Shown in pieces: positions 13,020 to 24,877 of a stretch of DNA of 64,000 bases (position 1 is the first letter of the stretch; the number at the start of each line of letters is the position of its first letter). Source of the stretch: Rhodospirillales bacterium (GTDB taxonomy: Bacteria > Pseudomonadota > Alphaproteobacteria > Bin95). Both the position numbers and the translations under genes were made by a program. Under the pieces are notes generated by a model. The model had not been told where the DNA came from. It did no database searches and saw only the letters and a program-made list of their open reading frames with translations. The stretch is from assembly GCA_038143065.1 (NCBI GenBank), contig JAYQLI010000012.1, positions 38,076 to 102,075 on the forward strand. Direction: 5' to 3'.

Positions 13020-13686
13020 CAGGATTTCTTTCTCAACTGCTCACGAGCATCTTGGATTTCATCTTCAACCTCATGACTGGCCACCAACCGGTCAGCCGCG
13101 CCGACCCAGAGAGCCCATGCAGCTTGCAGAAACCGGAAAAGCATCAAAGCCATTGACAATGGCAGAACGAGATATGGCAAAAGGCGTGGGATTTTCTCGT
13201 ATTCTTCGCTTTCATTGAAGACAGTTTCCATCCATCCTAATATGGCGGGATGCGGGATGTCATTGACCTCGTACCATCCTTTGTCGCGGTACTTTTCTTC
13301 AAAACCGAGCGGAAACCAACGCCCCTCCGTGCCCGGCAGATTGGCGAAATTCGCCCAGTAGTCCCAAGCTCCTTTCAGCATTAGGAAAGCTGAAGGCAAC
13401 GCATACAGCCACAGCAACCAACCCCCAAGACGCGGCGTGATTTCGAAGTTAGAATATTGACGACGATATCAACACCAAGATGTGAACCCTTTTTGACGGC
13501 ATAAGAGGCGCCGAGGAGTACCAACCAACCGAAGAGAAAGACAGTTAGCTCAAGAGCCCAAAGAATGTTTTTGTTGAACCCATACCGCGCCACGACGTTG
13601 GCGAATGTAATCAATGTCATTACGCCAAGAATGGCTGAGATCAACGTCTCCTCAATACGATCGGTAAACGATTTTGAGTGATTCAT
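13019..13686 (-). pseudogene. dctQ: TRAP transporter small permease DctQ (extended type), frameshifted
   Basis: Pieces 13381..13686 (IEETLISAILGVMTLITFANVVARYGF) and 13019..13417 lie in different frames, between dctP and dctM. Confidence 0.65.
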
Positions 13687-13752
13687 AATTTAACTTTCCA
13701 AGCATGTTAGAAGGCGTCTAAAACGCCTCCGAACAGGTTGAATCAAGTGACT

Positions 13753-14745
13753 TTAATTAAGGGATTGTGCTGCGTTGATCATGTCCTGACCAACATCATC
13801 CGCGAATTGATCCCAGACTGGTTTCATAACATCAACCCATGCCTGACGCTCTTCAGGCGTTAGAGTCCGAACTGTGCTGCCCGCCTCAATTATAGCTTGC
13901 CGGTTGGCTTGGTTTACAGCAAAGGATTGAGCATTGCGAAGCTCAGTTACCTCGTTCAAGATCGTTAAAAACTGGTCGCGGACATCGGCTTCCAGGCTAT
14001 CAAGCCAATCAACACTGGTCACAACCAGATAGTCAATAATACCGTGGTTGGTTTCCGTGATACCGTCCTGTACTTCGAAAAACTTCTTACCATAAATGTT
14101 TGACCACGTGTTTTCTTGCCCATCAACGACACCTTGCTGTAACCCACCATAGACTTCAGAAGGCCATTTTTTGTGGAGCTCCTCCGGAGTGCTTCCATTT
14201 GGGCCACCAAAACGTCTGACGACATCACACGGAATTTAAGACCATTAGCGTCTGCTGGTGACATCAACGGTACATTAGCAGACATTTGTTTCATACCGTT
14301 ATGCCAGAATGTCAAACCTTGAAGACCACGCTTTTGCATACTGTCCAGCAAAGCCTGCCCAGCATCAGAGCCTTGGAATGCATCGACGGCTTCGATGTTC
14401 TCGAACATGAAAGGCAAGTCAAAGATACGGAACTGTTTGGTGAACTTCTCAAATTTTTGACAGCGATAGGCGCTGCTAATTGAACATCATTCTGAAGCAA
14501 TGCTTCAAGAACTTTATTATCGTCATAAAGGGTTGAATTTGGGAAAACCTCCATACAGGCCTTGCCGTTCATCTCATCATTGACACGCTGCTCTAGCAAC
14601 GTGGCTGCTATTCCTTTTGGATGTTTGTCAGTGTTGGTAACATGGCTAAATTTAATAACGGTTTCGCCTGTATCGCAAGCGGCAAACGCGGATGTAGCAC
14701 CTAATGCAATGTCATCGATAATGCTGTGTTCAACAGAAATTTCAT
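13753..14745 (-). pseudogene. dctP: TRAP transporter solute-binding protein DctP, multiple frameshifts
   Basis: The start MKFLLNTALS follows an AGGAGG RBS. Pieces 14312..14599, 14019..14417 and 13753..14022 are collinear with DctP (IKFSHVTNTDKHPKG, FWHNGMKQMSAN) but lie in different frames. Confidence 0.8.
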
Positions 14746-14925
14746 GATATCCTCCTTTGGTTCTTTTTACCGCGTTCCTGATTTCTTCTGGCGCGGCTTA
14801 TGTTGGAAAGATTACTGGGATTGACGCTGAAGATTAGTCGACAAAACTGTTCAGTTTTTACGATTAAATATTCAGGTTTAATCTGAAATAGTGGATAAAA
14901 ATTAAACATACCCAGGGAGTTCAAA

Positions 14926-15838
14926 ATGTTTGAGGGTTTCGTGCGCGAGCGTATCGAAGGAGACGGTGCGACTTTGTTTGTTCGCCGCGCTGGACCTCAA
15001 GATGCACCTCCGCTTGTTCTTCTTCACGGTTATCCGCAGACTTCCGCTATGTGGCACGGTGTGGGCACCAATTCTGGCACGCTCTTATCAAATCGTCTGT
15101 CCCGATTTACGCGGATATGGTCAATCAGATAAACCAGTGTCAAATGCATCGCATCAGCCATATTCAAAACGTGCTATGGCCAATGACATTGTCGCTGTGA
15201 TGCGGCGTTTGGGTCATGAACGGTTTCTGGTTGGCGCCCATGATCGGGGGCGCGGGTGGCGCATCGGATGGGTTTGGATCATCCTGATCGTGTTGCCGCC
15301 ATGACTTTGCTCGACATCGCACCGACCCGCGAAATGTATGCCAATACCAGTGTCGAATTTGCGCACGCTTATTGGCACTGGTTTTTCCTGACACAGCCAG
15401 ACCCGCTGCCCGAAAAAATGATCGGAGCAGATCCCGAAACGTTCTGGAAGATGAAATGCTTTAAACAGGCAAAGCGGCGAAAATCCGTTTTCCTGCGAAG
15501 CTCTGACGGAATACCTGAGCGCCTTCGCAGAACCCCGACGCTATTCATGCAAGCTGTGAAGACTATCGTGCCGCCGCCAGATCGACATTGAACATGATGA
15601 CGCAGATCAGGGTCGAAAACTCGACATGCCACTCTTGACGCTCTGGGCGAAAACGCGGAGTAATCGAAACATGCTTTGACGCACTTAGCACTCTGGCGGC
15701 AGCGGGCTGAAAGGGTTGAGGGCGAAGCGCTCGATACCTCTCACTATATGGCTGAAAGAAATCCCAGGTGACATAGCAGAGCGCATGTCTGATTTCTTTT
15801 TCCGCAATCCGATCCACGCAAAGGAAACTGCTCAATGA
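14926..15838 (+). pseudogene. Alpha/beta hydrolase (haloacetate dehalogenase / epoxide hydrolase-like), frameshifted
   Basis: MFEGFVRERIEGDGATLFVRRAGPQDAPPLVLLHGYPQTSAMWH is followed by VGAHDRG and PDRVAAMTLLDIAPT in other frames. The stop overlaps the next start (ATGA at 15835-15838). Confidence 0.7.
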
Positions 15839-17215
15839 CCCGCACGCTCTACGACAAACTGGTGGATAACCATAAGGTTTGCGATCTGCCCGATGGCGAT
15901 ATGCTGATTTATGTCGATTTTCACATCATGAATGAATACACCAGTCCGCAGGCGTTTTCTGGTCTGGAAACAAGGGGTTAAGCGTCTGGCGTCCGGAGGC
16001 GCATCTGGCTGTGATCGATCATGTGAACGCAACCCGCAGTGTCGAAGCACATGATGCGGCAATCCAAAGCTGCTGATCGATAATTTGGAAAAAACTGCAC
16101 CAAACATCAAATCGCATTTTACGGTTTGGGTGACCCGCGGCCAAGGCATTGAGCATGTTATAGTTCCAGAACAGGGCTTGGTCACGCCGGCATGCTGATA
16201 GCATGCGGCGATAGCCACACAACAACCTATGGCGCCTACGGCGCGTTGGGGTTTGGCATCGGCACATCGAAGTGGAACATGTTCTAGCAACGCAAACGCT
16301 ACGATATAAGCGTATGAAGACAATGCGCGTTATGATCGACACGAAAGCACCAGGCGTGACGGCAAAAGACATCATAATGAAGGTGGTCCAAGTCGTGGGC
16401 GCAGGTGGAGCCAATGGGTTTGCTGTTGAGTTTGCAGGTTCAGCCATTGTCGGTCTTGATATGGCCGGACGGATGACCGTCTGCAATATGGCGGTTGAGT
16501 TGGGCGCGCGTGCGGCGTTGATCGCAGCAGATGAAGTCACCGAAGCGGCGCTTACAAGGATACCCGCACAGCGGTCAATTTGCGTTTAATGGTGAAGACT
16601 GGGTCAGCGATTCCGGAGCCGTCTTTGACAAGGAGGTCACCGATTTCAGGGGCCGATATCGAGCCTTTGATCACATGGGGCACCAGTCCAGACCAATCAG
16701 TACCGATAACCGCGAATGTACCTTCTGCGTCTCGATTACGTCTCTCCCAAAGCCAAGGCGGCTTTAGCGCGGTCTTTGCAATACATGGGGCTCACAGAAG
16801 GGGCAAAGTCGGCCCAATCGATCAAAATCGACACGGCCTTTATTGGCTCGTGTACCAATAGTCGTATCGAAGATCTACGAGAGGCAGCCAAAATACTGGA
16901 AGGCCGGCAAGTCGCGGAGGCGTTGAAGCTATCGTAGTTCCTGGCTCCGCCATGACACGGATAAAGGCGGAATCCGAAGGTCTGCGCGCGATTTTGAGGA
17001 CCGCAGGGTTTGATTGGCGACCAGAGGCGGGCTGTTCTTTGTGTCTAGCGATGAATGACGATATTGCTATGGAGGGGGAACGGGTAGCTTCATCGACTAA
17101 CCGGAATTTTGAAGGGCGGCAGGGCCGAGGCGCACGCACCCATCTAATGTCACCCGCAATGGTCGCTGCAGCAGCCGTTTGTGGGCATCTGGCTGACATA
17201 CGAGATTTTGAGTGA
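15835..17215 (+). pseudogene. leuC: 3-isopropylmalate dehydratase large subunit-like (aconitase family), multiple frameshifts
   Basis: The N-terminus MTRTLYDKLVDNHKV is followed by pieces 16272..16589 ([22 protein letters not shown]), 16716..16937 ([16 protein letters not shown]) and 16952..17215 ([13 protein letters not shown]) in different frames. Confidence 0.75.
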
Positions 17216-17226
17216 AAGACAAACCA

Positions 17227-17826
17227 ATGATAAAAACTATTAAAGGAATCGCGCCCCTTGCCACTGGCGAATGTTGATACGGATGTGATCATGCCGAAAC
17301 GGTTTTTGATTACAATCAGCCGCGAAGGCTTGCAGATGGTACCTTTGCCGATCTGCGCTTTGACGCAGCTGGCCAAAAGCGGCAAGAATTTATTCTAAAT
17401 AAAACGCCTTGGACGCAAGCAACAATCTTAGTTGTCGGAGATAATTTTGGATGCGGTTCAAGCCGAGAACATGCCGTCTGGGGAATGCGCCAATTGAAGA
17501 TTGATGCCTGTATAGGAACAGGGTTCGCTGGGATATTTTATGATAATGCGCGTAAAAATGGTCTTGCTTTGCCGGTCGTATCTCCTGAAGTGCGAGACTT
17601 ACTTTTACAATTTTCGGATAATCAAAGCGGCGCAGAGATTTCCATAAACCTTGAGCGCCGTATGATTGCCGCAGGTGAAAGTTCGGTGCCGTTCGAGATG
17701 GATGATACGCGAATAGCGCTGATCCGAGGCCGCGACGATACGCTTGACACGTTGAGCTACGCTTCTGCAATCCGCGAATTTGAGACTGGATTGGATGAAA
17801 AAATGCGGATAAGCGTTATAAAATGA
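17227..17826 (+). pseudogene. leuD: 3-isopropylmalate dehydratase small subunit-like, frameshifted
   Basis: MIKTIKGIAPL is followed by VVGDNFGCGSSREHAVWG and ORF 17485..17826 in another frame. Confidence 0.7.
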
Positions 17827-17845
17827 ACCTGCAGAGGATATTGGA

Positions 17846-18737
17846 TTGGACATAAGACAACTGGAGTGTTTCATCGCTGTCGCCGAAGAACTTCATTTCA
17901 GGAGCAAGCGAACGCCTAGGGCTAAGCCAATCCGCTCTCTCTGAACGGGTTTCTTCGTTGGAACACGAACTGGGCGCCCCGACTGTTTTTTAGAACTACT
18001 CTGACAAGTCAGTCTGACCCAAACTGGATCTGAATTTGCACAAGATGCAAAAAGGATCCTGACCGATATTGATAAATCGGTTTCCAATGTTCGCCACACC
18101 GCCGAGTCGGACCTTCACCACATTCGCGTAAGCGGTGTTGACGAGGCAATTTCGATGTTACTACCGCAGGTTCTACTGACATTTCGGCAGACCGATTTTA
18201 AGGTGCATGTACAGGTTCTGGAAATATCGTCATCCGAACAACATTCCCACGAGTTGATTGCCCATAGAACTGATGTGGCCTTCGTACGGACGCGCCTAGA
18301 AGATGACTTTATTTCCAGCGAACTTTTGCATCGTCAACCCATCGTAGTGGTCCTTGCCGAGACGATCCTCTTTCAAGATCGGTATCCCTGTCCATAGCAG
18401 ACATCGCGGATCAACCAATCGTGGGTTACCCTAAGCACGCGCGACCAATCCTGCACGAGGCTTTGTGGAGTGGTTTTCGAAAAATTGGTGCCCAGCCAAA
18501 TATAGTTGTGAGATTATTGACAAATCCACCCTGTTGCAGTTTGTCGCCCCATGGGCTAGAATCGCCTTGGCACCAGCCTGGGTCAAGAATATTGCACCGC
18601 CTGGGATCTCTTTCGTCCCCTTTGAACCTCCGAAAACCTGATCGATTTATAAGGTGGCATTTCGAAAGTCGGGTAACTCCGAGACTGTTAAAAGGTTCGT
18701 TGAAACCGTCAGAAAAAGCATTATCCAGGCGACTTAA
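17846..18737 (+). pseudogene. LysR-family transcriptional regulator, multiple frameshifts
   Basis: The HTH DIRQLECFIAVAEELHFRS / ERLGLSQSALSERVSSLEHELG is split over frames. ORFs 18155..18397 and 18421..18903 carry parts of the effector domain. Confidence 0.7.
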
Positions 18738-19078
18738 TTGCAAATATTTTTTGCCAATGGCTGCGTATTGCTTCGGCGCCTTTTTTGAAATTAAAACGTT
18801 ATTAGGACTGGAAGTCAGCAACTTATTAAGTAGGCGCAAAATTACGCTTTGTCCGCAAAGCAGACCTCAGGCATTGGCCTTGCGAATGTCTGATTTGGGT
18901 TAAGGTACAAATCGAAACGCTAATTATGATTAAAATCAGGACCACATTTAGACCGCTTTATAATTTCATCTTAAAAATAAGTAATTGTAATTAAATAGAA
19001 GTATATAAAGTACGACGTCCTTCTGGCACCAATACTTTTTCAGTATAACTTATTGAAATTCCTTCGAGTTTAACCATC

Positions 19079-20223
19079 ATGAGGGAGACCGTCGTGTCAC
19101 ACATTCCGTACACATTGTGCCGTTCAGGCACCTTCTATTATAACCGCCGTGTGCCTAAGCACGCAGTGAAAGCCTATGGTCCATTCATAAGGCAAGCTTT
19201 GTCTAAATGCCCTGAAGAAGCTGAAGCTTATGCAAAACGTCTGGGTAATGTATTGAGGGATCTTGGTGAATAATACGACAGACATCATCCCAATAGATGT
19301 TATTGCTGTCGTTAGTAGCTTTAAGCCAAGGCCAAGCTTGCTCTCTGATTACGTGAGTGAATACCTATCCCTTCGATCAGTCCATCATAAGCCAATCAAG
19401 GTAGCTGTAGACCCGTTCATATCTCTGGCTGGTGATAGAGATAAGTCAGTACGCACGTGAAGATAAGCTGTTTGTCCGTCTCATCTGAAATGAAAGGTAA
19501 TAAGACTGCCACAATCAGAAGACGTATCAATAGTTTGTCGCTAGTTCTCAACTATGCCTATGCAGAGCTGGACTTGATAAGCGTAATCCCTTCATGAGGC
19601 TCTTTATCAAAGGAGAGGGTGAAGATAGCCATAAGCGAGGAACCTTTACCAATGAGCAGCTTAAATGGGGTTACGACAAGGCCTTAGCTTCAGGCAGTCA
19701 GACTGCTATACCATGCCTCTTTTAGGAGAAACAGGCTGTCATTAGCAGAGATCGTGGGGCTGAAGCTTGAAGATATCGATCTTGAGAATGACCTGATCCA
19801 TATACGAGCCAATTCAGCAAGAAGAGAAGACGAGGAGCAGCCAGAGAACTCTTGCTCCTTAGTTGATGGCGCCATGCTGGCAATGGATCAAGACTATAAT
19901 TTAGCTGCGGACGATACCCACCTATTCCCAAGATATTAGAGATGGAAAGCGCCACGCATGCGTCTAATGCTTTGAACAAGTGGCTGAAGAAAGACTTTGA
20001 TGGACTTACGGCACATTGCCTTAGGCATACATTCAGAGACCGTCTGAGAGCTGTGGAGTGCCCAATGGATCTGATTGATCAAATTGGTGAATGGAAATCA
20101 GTAAGTTCAATTGGGAATAGTTATGGGCTGGGGTATCGGATGGAGCTAATAAAGATAATTTTAGGTGAAATAATAGTAGATTATTTTTCAACCGCTCGGC
20201 TGCTTCCTCTGACGTTAAGTTAG
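19079..20223 (+). pseudogene. Tyrosine recombinase/integrase (paralog 1), frameshifted
   Basis: N-terminal CRSGTFYYNRRVPKH motif. The catalytic C-terminus is LTAHCLRHTFRDRLRAVECPMDLIDQIGEWKSVSSIGNSYGLGY. Pieces 19079..19273, 19263..19460, 19754..19939 and 19942..20223 lie in different frames. Confidence 0.75.
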
Positions 20224-20259
20224 ACCGAAAGGATGTTACTCAGGCATTACCGGCTTCCT

Positions 20260-22189
20260 ATCAGAGTTTCTTTAGTCTCTGGAGAAATTCTTATCCGGGT
20301 TATACTTATTTTTCCTATTGCTCGCCTCAAAGAGGTCCATTCTTCTTTATATCAGGCTGGTAATTTCCACCATACTTTAGGTACGAATCTCTTGCCTCAG
20401 ATTTCTGCTCTCTTGCATTGCAATGAAGGTTTTATCCCAAGAGCAATTGCTGTGATCCACCAAAAATATTGTTCATTTTCTGACAGATCCGTGGCTAATT
20501 TGTTCGCTTTATCATAGTTTTCAAGATAAATTAATGCCATCGAGTAATTCAGCTTACATTAGCAGGCGGGTGTGGAGCTACTGCCAGAGCTTTTTCATAA
20601 TTTTCAGAGGGATTTTTCAAACAATCCGACTGTAAATAGGGAATTTGCAGCGGCCAATATACTGATTATCCCACGTGGATTTAAATCAGCCGCTTTTATA
20701 GCGTACTCTTTGGCAACTAACTTAATTTCTTCATCATTGTACCTGGAAATTCTTTGTGGCTGTTTAATCATCAATCCAGCTAATAAACTGTAGCCGTCAG
20801 AAAGTTCAGGACCATATTTTACTGCTCTTTTTGCAACAGAAACCATGTCTCCTGAAATGTTCCAGTCTCTGTCAGGCTCTACACCGCTTGAGCGGTAAAA
20901 TACCAAGCATACATAGATAACACTAGTGGGTTATTAGGTTCAGTTTCAAAAATTTCATCAAAGAGCAAACCAGCTTCTTTGACGCCCTCTAGAGAGAAAC
21001 AGTTGCCAAAGGAATTCGCCTTCAAATATCGTTGCCAATTTTCAGGGCTTTTAAAATATTTTCTGGTTTCTTCAAAAGACTGGTCCATCGTAAGTTTGAC
21101 TTGAATTTATTCAGTATTTTTGAAGAGATATATCTTGAACCTCAAAGATATCCGTCAATTCAAAGTCATATTTTTCTGACCAAATAATCTTCTGTTTAAC
21201 GATGTCTGAAAGTTCAACTGTGGTTCGTATTTTATTACCAGATATCTGATTTGATCCTCTTTAAAACATAATTCACGAGATAGTTTTCTTTAATTTCCGC
21301 ATCAGAATAACCTGTTTGATGAATTCGCTTGTGTTGCTTGATTGCACCAGCAAACGGGGATAACCAGACAGAGATGAAATAATAATATCCGTCATTCCTT
21401 TGCTCAATTGATCGTCAGCACTGTCATCAGATCTATTTTCAAATGGCATGACTAAAACCATGGCTCGATCAGGACTCCTGATATTAATTGCTTGATATCT
21501 TTTTTTAGTCCGATTTTCTTTAGTGAAGTAAAACGAAGTACCGATTACGATTGCCATCGCAATTAAACTAAAAAGCGCTAAAAGCATGCGGGGGTTATTG
21601 GACCTGTTAGTCTTTATTTTCCGTTTTTGATTAGGATTTAAGATTATGTCATATGCGTGGAACTCATTTTGCTTAACCTTTTGAATACCTAAGTCGTTAA
21701 ATTCATACTTAGGTCTTACCTTGTTACGAAATCATAGATTGCCTTAGATACTGTTATTCCACCGCTCTGTGCTAACGCTTGAGCCTTGCTGCAATGTTTA
21801 CCCCATCACCTAGGAGGTTTTCTTTTTCTTTTACCACATCGCCTGAGTTGATCCCTATGCGGAACTCTAGCTTTACTGTGGTATACTCAGAATCATTCCT
21901 CAATTTAATAGCATTTTGAAACTCTACAGCGCATTCAACTGCTGAGACTGCACTTGGAAATTCCGCCAGGTGGAACTCCACCCGAATTAAATAAACGGCC
22001 CTTATGTTTTTCAAATAATGCAGTTAGGATTTTCTCGCAGGCTCGAAGATTTTTAATCGTGCCGCTCTCATCTGCTTCCATGTGTTTGCTATATCCAACA
22101 ACATCGGTAACAAAGATGACTGCTATCTTACGTTCAATTTCTTCTTCAAACATAGCTCGCCACACATGAAATTTTTTCATGTTTAGCAT
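20260..22189 (-). pseudogene. Class III adenylate/guanylate cyclase with TM, TolB_N-like and TPR regions; multiple frameshifts
   Basis: The cyclase core is IAVIFVTDVVGYSKHME...GINSGDVV...GDGVNIAARL (21772..22189). It is followed by a TM region plus LVMPFENRSDDSADDQLSKGMTDIIISSLS (21273..21587) and TPR-like pieces (20879..21088, 20604..20906). The 3' end is approximate. Confidence 0.7.
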
Positions 22190-22956
22190 GCCGTGTTGTA
22201 CAGAGTGTCTATAAGAACGTAGGGAAATTTATGCACACTGTCGCAATAAATGACAAATCACTTGCTCTACTTCCCATTTTTGACGCCTCTTATAGAAAGT
22301 ACACCTTAGGGGTAAATCTATTATTGCTATATACCCGAAAGTATAGTACGGTTTAGGTATGCATTTGAGCACCTGATGAGAAACGTGTGCAAATGCCAGT
22401 AACCGCAAAAAAGCGATCTGCAATCCTGACATTGATGGAGTTAGCCCACATTAGATGTGGCGCTTGCTTTTACATTTGAAAAATCAAAAATTGAAAAATA
22501 AAAGCCAGAACTGATCATCATCTTGAAGGTTTATTACATATCTCAAGACATTCCAGTAACCGCCTCATTGAATGTCGAGATCACATTCAGTGGATCCTCC
22601 AGCAGCGAGATAAGAACGTTCCCCCGATGGAGAGGGTATTTACTATTTTCTGAACACGCACTTTATGTCCCGCATCTTTGAACGGTTGGCTTGGATGATG
22701 GAGTTGTTGGTAAAGCTTCCAGAACGCTTTGAGAGCCGTTTTAAGACTGTTCAGCGTGAGCAATCAAATCTGATGACATAGTCATGGCTACAGACAGAAA
22801 TCTATTCGAGGACAGTTTTTCTAAGCTGCATGATGGTCATAATGTTAGGATAGTTAGGCGGTCAGCATGAGGCCACTCATCGCCTGAAGTAGACTGTGCA
22901 CCCCTTTGGTGATACGAAAAAAAGACAGCAGAAGGCGGCTTTGGGTGAAGCTTGTT

Positions 22957-23190
22957 GATCTTAAAGCTCCTTCTCCCTTTAAAATTGGAAGAGATGAGAA
23001 GCTTAAAGTTGCTTAAAGTTGCTTAAAGTATATCCTTTAAGAAGAATCTCTATCTTTTTTATCAAAGTTAGAATTGAAAGCTTAAGGCCTACTTTAAGAG
23101 ATACTTTAAGTAGCTTTAAATCATTTATCATCTCAAAATATAGAAGATAATAAAAAGCTTAAAGGTGAGATGTAAGATCCAACTTTAAGT
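22957..23190. repeat. Cluster of at least 11 copies of the heptamer CTTTAAG / CTTAAAG (mutual reverse complements), including GCTTAAAGTT x3 in tandem
   Basis: Read directly: the tandem triplet is at 23001-23030, with further copies at about 22959, 23034, 23079, 23091, 23103, 23113, 23156 and 23181. An A-rich stretch lies at 22485-22505. Confidence 0.85.
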
Positions 23191-23354
23191 ACTCCGAGGC
23201 TCCCAGCCAAAGACACTCTTTGTTTCTTCTGTCGTACCCCCGATGTATTACATTTCCTATACTAGGAACGACAAGGATCAGGCGCCTGTAAGCCAACCTA
23301 TATACATTACTCAGACGTTTTTGATGAGCCTCTGCAAACCAGCAACACCATATT

Positions 23355-23431
23355 GGTTAACACACCCCCAGCTCACCTCACTGTCAAAGTCCAAGTATAT
23401 ATAACGGGCACAGGGGGTGTGGCCCATGCGT
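23355..23431 (+). repeat. 77-nt direct repeat, copy A1 (partner at 24801..24877)
   Basis: Hand alignment gives 68/77 identical positions, including GGTTAACACACCC...AGCTCACCTCAC.GTCAAAG.CCAAGTATATATAACGGGCA...GCCCATGCGT. Copy A1 can fold (ACACCCCC with GGGGGTGT). Confidence 0.85.
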
Positions 23432-23674
23432 ACCACGCTGGGGTTCGTTATCGTTGGGACATTAAGGATGTGAGCGAAGGTAAAGATAGGGGCGTTCTCT
23501 TCTAAGGGTGTCACCGATGTCAGGTGAAAACAAAATTTTTATAATGTTTTTCTTTCAGAAAACTTTTGGTTTTACCTGACACACACACCCGACAATTGCC
23601 GGTTTTAACGGTTTGCTTTCAGAGTATAAAAACTGAAAATAAAAATTGAATTTTCGATAGAAGGATTAAAAATA

Positions 23675-24733
23675 ATGGCTCCATTAGAGACTACAACAAT
23701 CGGTGCCTTCCTAAGCCCAAGTATGTTCCCATTCGAGATTGGTTTGATCTGTCTCGTGAAACTGGAGGAATGAATACTGCTTGAAACGACGAGGATGTAT
23801 TCAAGAGACATAAAGAATCAAGACGCTCATGAAGATCTCTTTTAAAAGCTACCAAAGAGATTTTGGATATTCAGCTTAGATCTGGAATTTCAATTCTACA
23901 GATGAGGTTCGTCGTGAAAATTATATTCACTACCATTGCCGTCATTTAGATGGTTTTGATTTTGAAAGTTTAGAACATCGGGTTCTTACGTGATGGCGCA
24001 TATGAAACCGACCTGCCGGCAATCAGAAATAAAATTAGCCATTCGGGGAAAGAGCTACAGTGTGCACGATTATGTAGCCAGTCAGAATTTGAGCTCCAAA
24101 CCAGTAAAATTTACCTTACCAGGACCTTTGACGATAATGGATACAACAGCAGATTGTTTTTACAACGATCGTCCAAAGTTAAACGCAGCCTTGGCGGAAA
24201 CAGTGAATAAGGAAATCCTTTCGCTGGTCGAAGCAGGATGTAAATTACATCAGATTAAGATGAGCCCTGTTTGCTCGCTCGGTAAAGGATGCACTGGGCT
24301 TTGGTATGGAGGGATTAGAGAGATGCTTTCATAATGAATCTGACTGAACACGAATTGTTCATATGTGTTGTGGTTACCCTGATCTTGATGATGATGATTA
24401 TAAAAAAGCAGATCCAACAAGTTACCATCAACTTAGTGAAGCAATTGATGAAGCAGCATTTGATCAGATTTCGATCGAGGACAAGCATTGCTGTAATGAT
24501 TTGACACTTTTAGAAAGGTTTCAAAAAATAAGACTGTTATTTTTGTGCTGTCGCAATAGCATCCAGCCGCCTAGAAACGGTCGACGAAGTAAAGAACGGC
24601 TTCAAGCAGCAATGAACCATATCGACCAAGAGATCGGCTAGTAGTTGCTCCCGATTGTGGGTTAGGCCTCCTTTCACCAAAACTAGCTGAGGATAAATTG
24701 CGTGTAATGTGTCAGGCGGCAGCACTTATTTGA
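23675..24733 (+). pseudogene. Cobalamin-independent methionine synthase (MetE C-terminal domain-like) protein, frameshifted
   Basis: MAPLETTTIGAF is followed by PVKFTLPGPLTIMDTTADCFYNDRPKLNAALAETVNKEILSLVEAGCK (23990..24334), MCCGYPD (24363..) and VVAPDCGLGLLSPKLAEDKLRVMCQAAALI in different frames. Confidence 0.65.
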
Positions 24734-24800
24734 TGCCGACAAGAAGGCCAGATCATCTTCAAAGCCAGATGATCTTGACTTTAATCAATCTTTACAAACT

Positions 24801-24877
24801 GGTTAACACACCCACAGCTCACCTCACGGTCAAAGCCCAAGTATATATAACGGGCATAGGGGTATAAGCCCATGCGT
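24801..24877 (+). repeat. 77-nt direct repeat, copy A2 (partner at 23355..23431)
   Basis: See copy A1. The two copies bracket the MetE-like pseudogene. Confidence 0.85.

Noticed and set aside
23001-23030. Tandem GCTTAAAGTT x3 and the surrounding repeats considered as a possible CRISPR array
   Set aside because: The repeat unit is only 7-10 nt, there are no unique spacers of about 30 nt, the motif occurs in both orientations, and no cas genes are present. I treat it as an iteron-like binding-site cluster instead.
23432-23674. Possible cobalamin or SAM riboswitch in the leader of the MetE-like gene, including the long hairpin 23519-23534 / 23563-23578
   Set aside because: I could not find a B12-box-like element or the conserved GGGAA..GGTG.AA.TCC core, nor a SAM-II-type pseudoknot pattern. 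The hairpin lacks a U-tail. This is not supportable by eye and would need a covariance-model scan.
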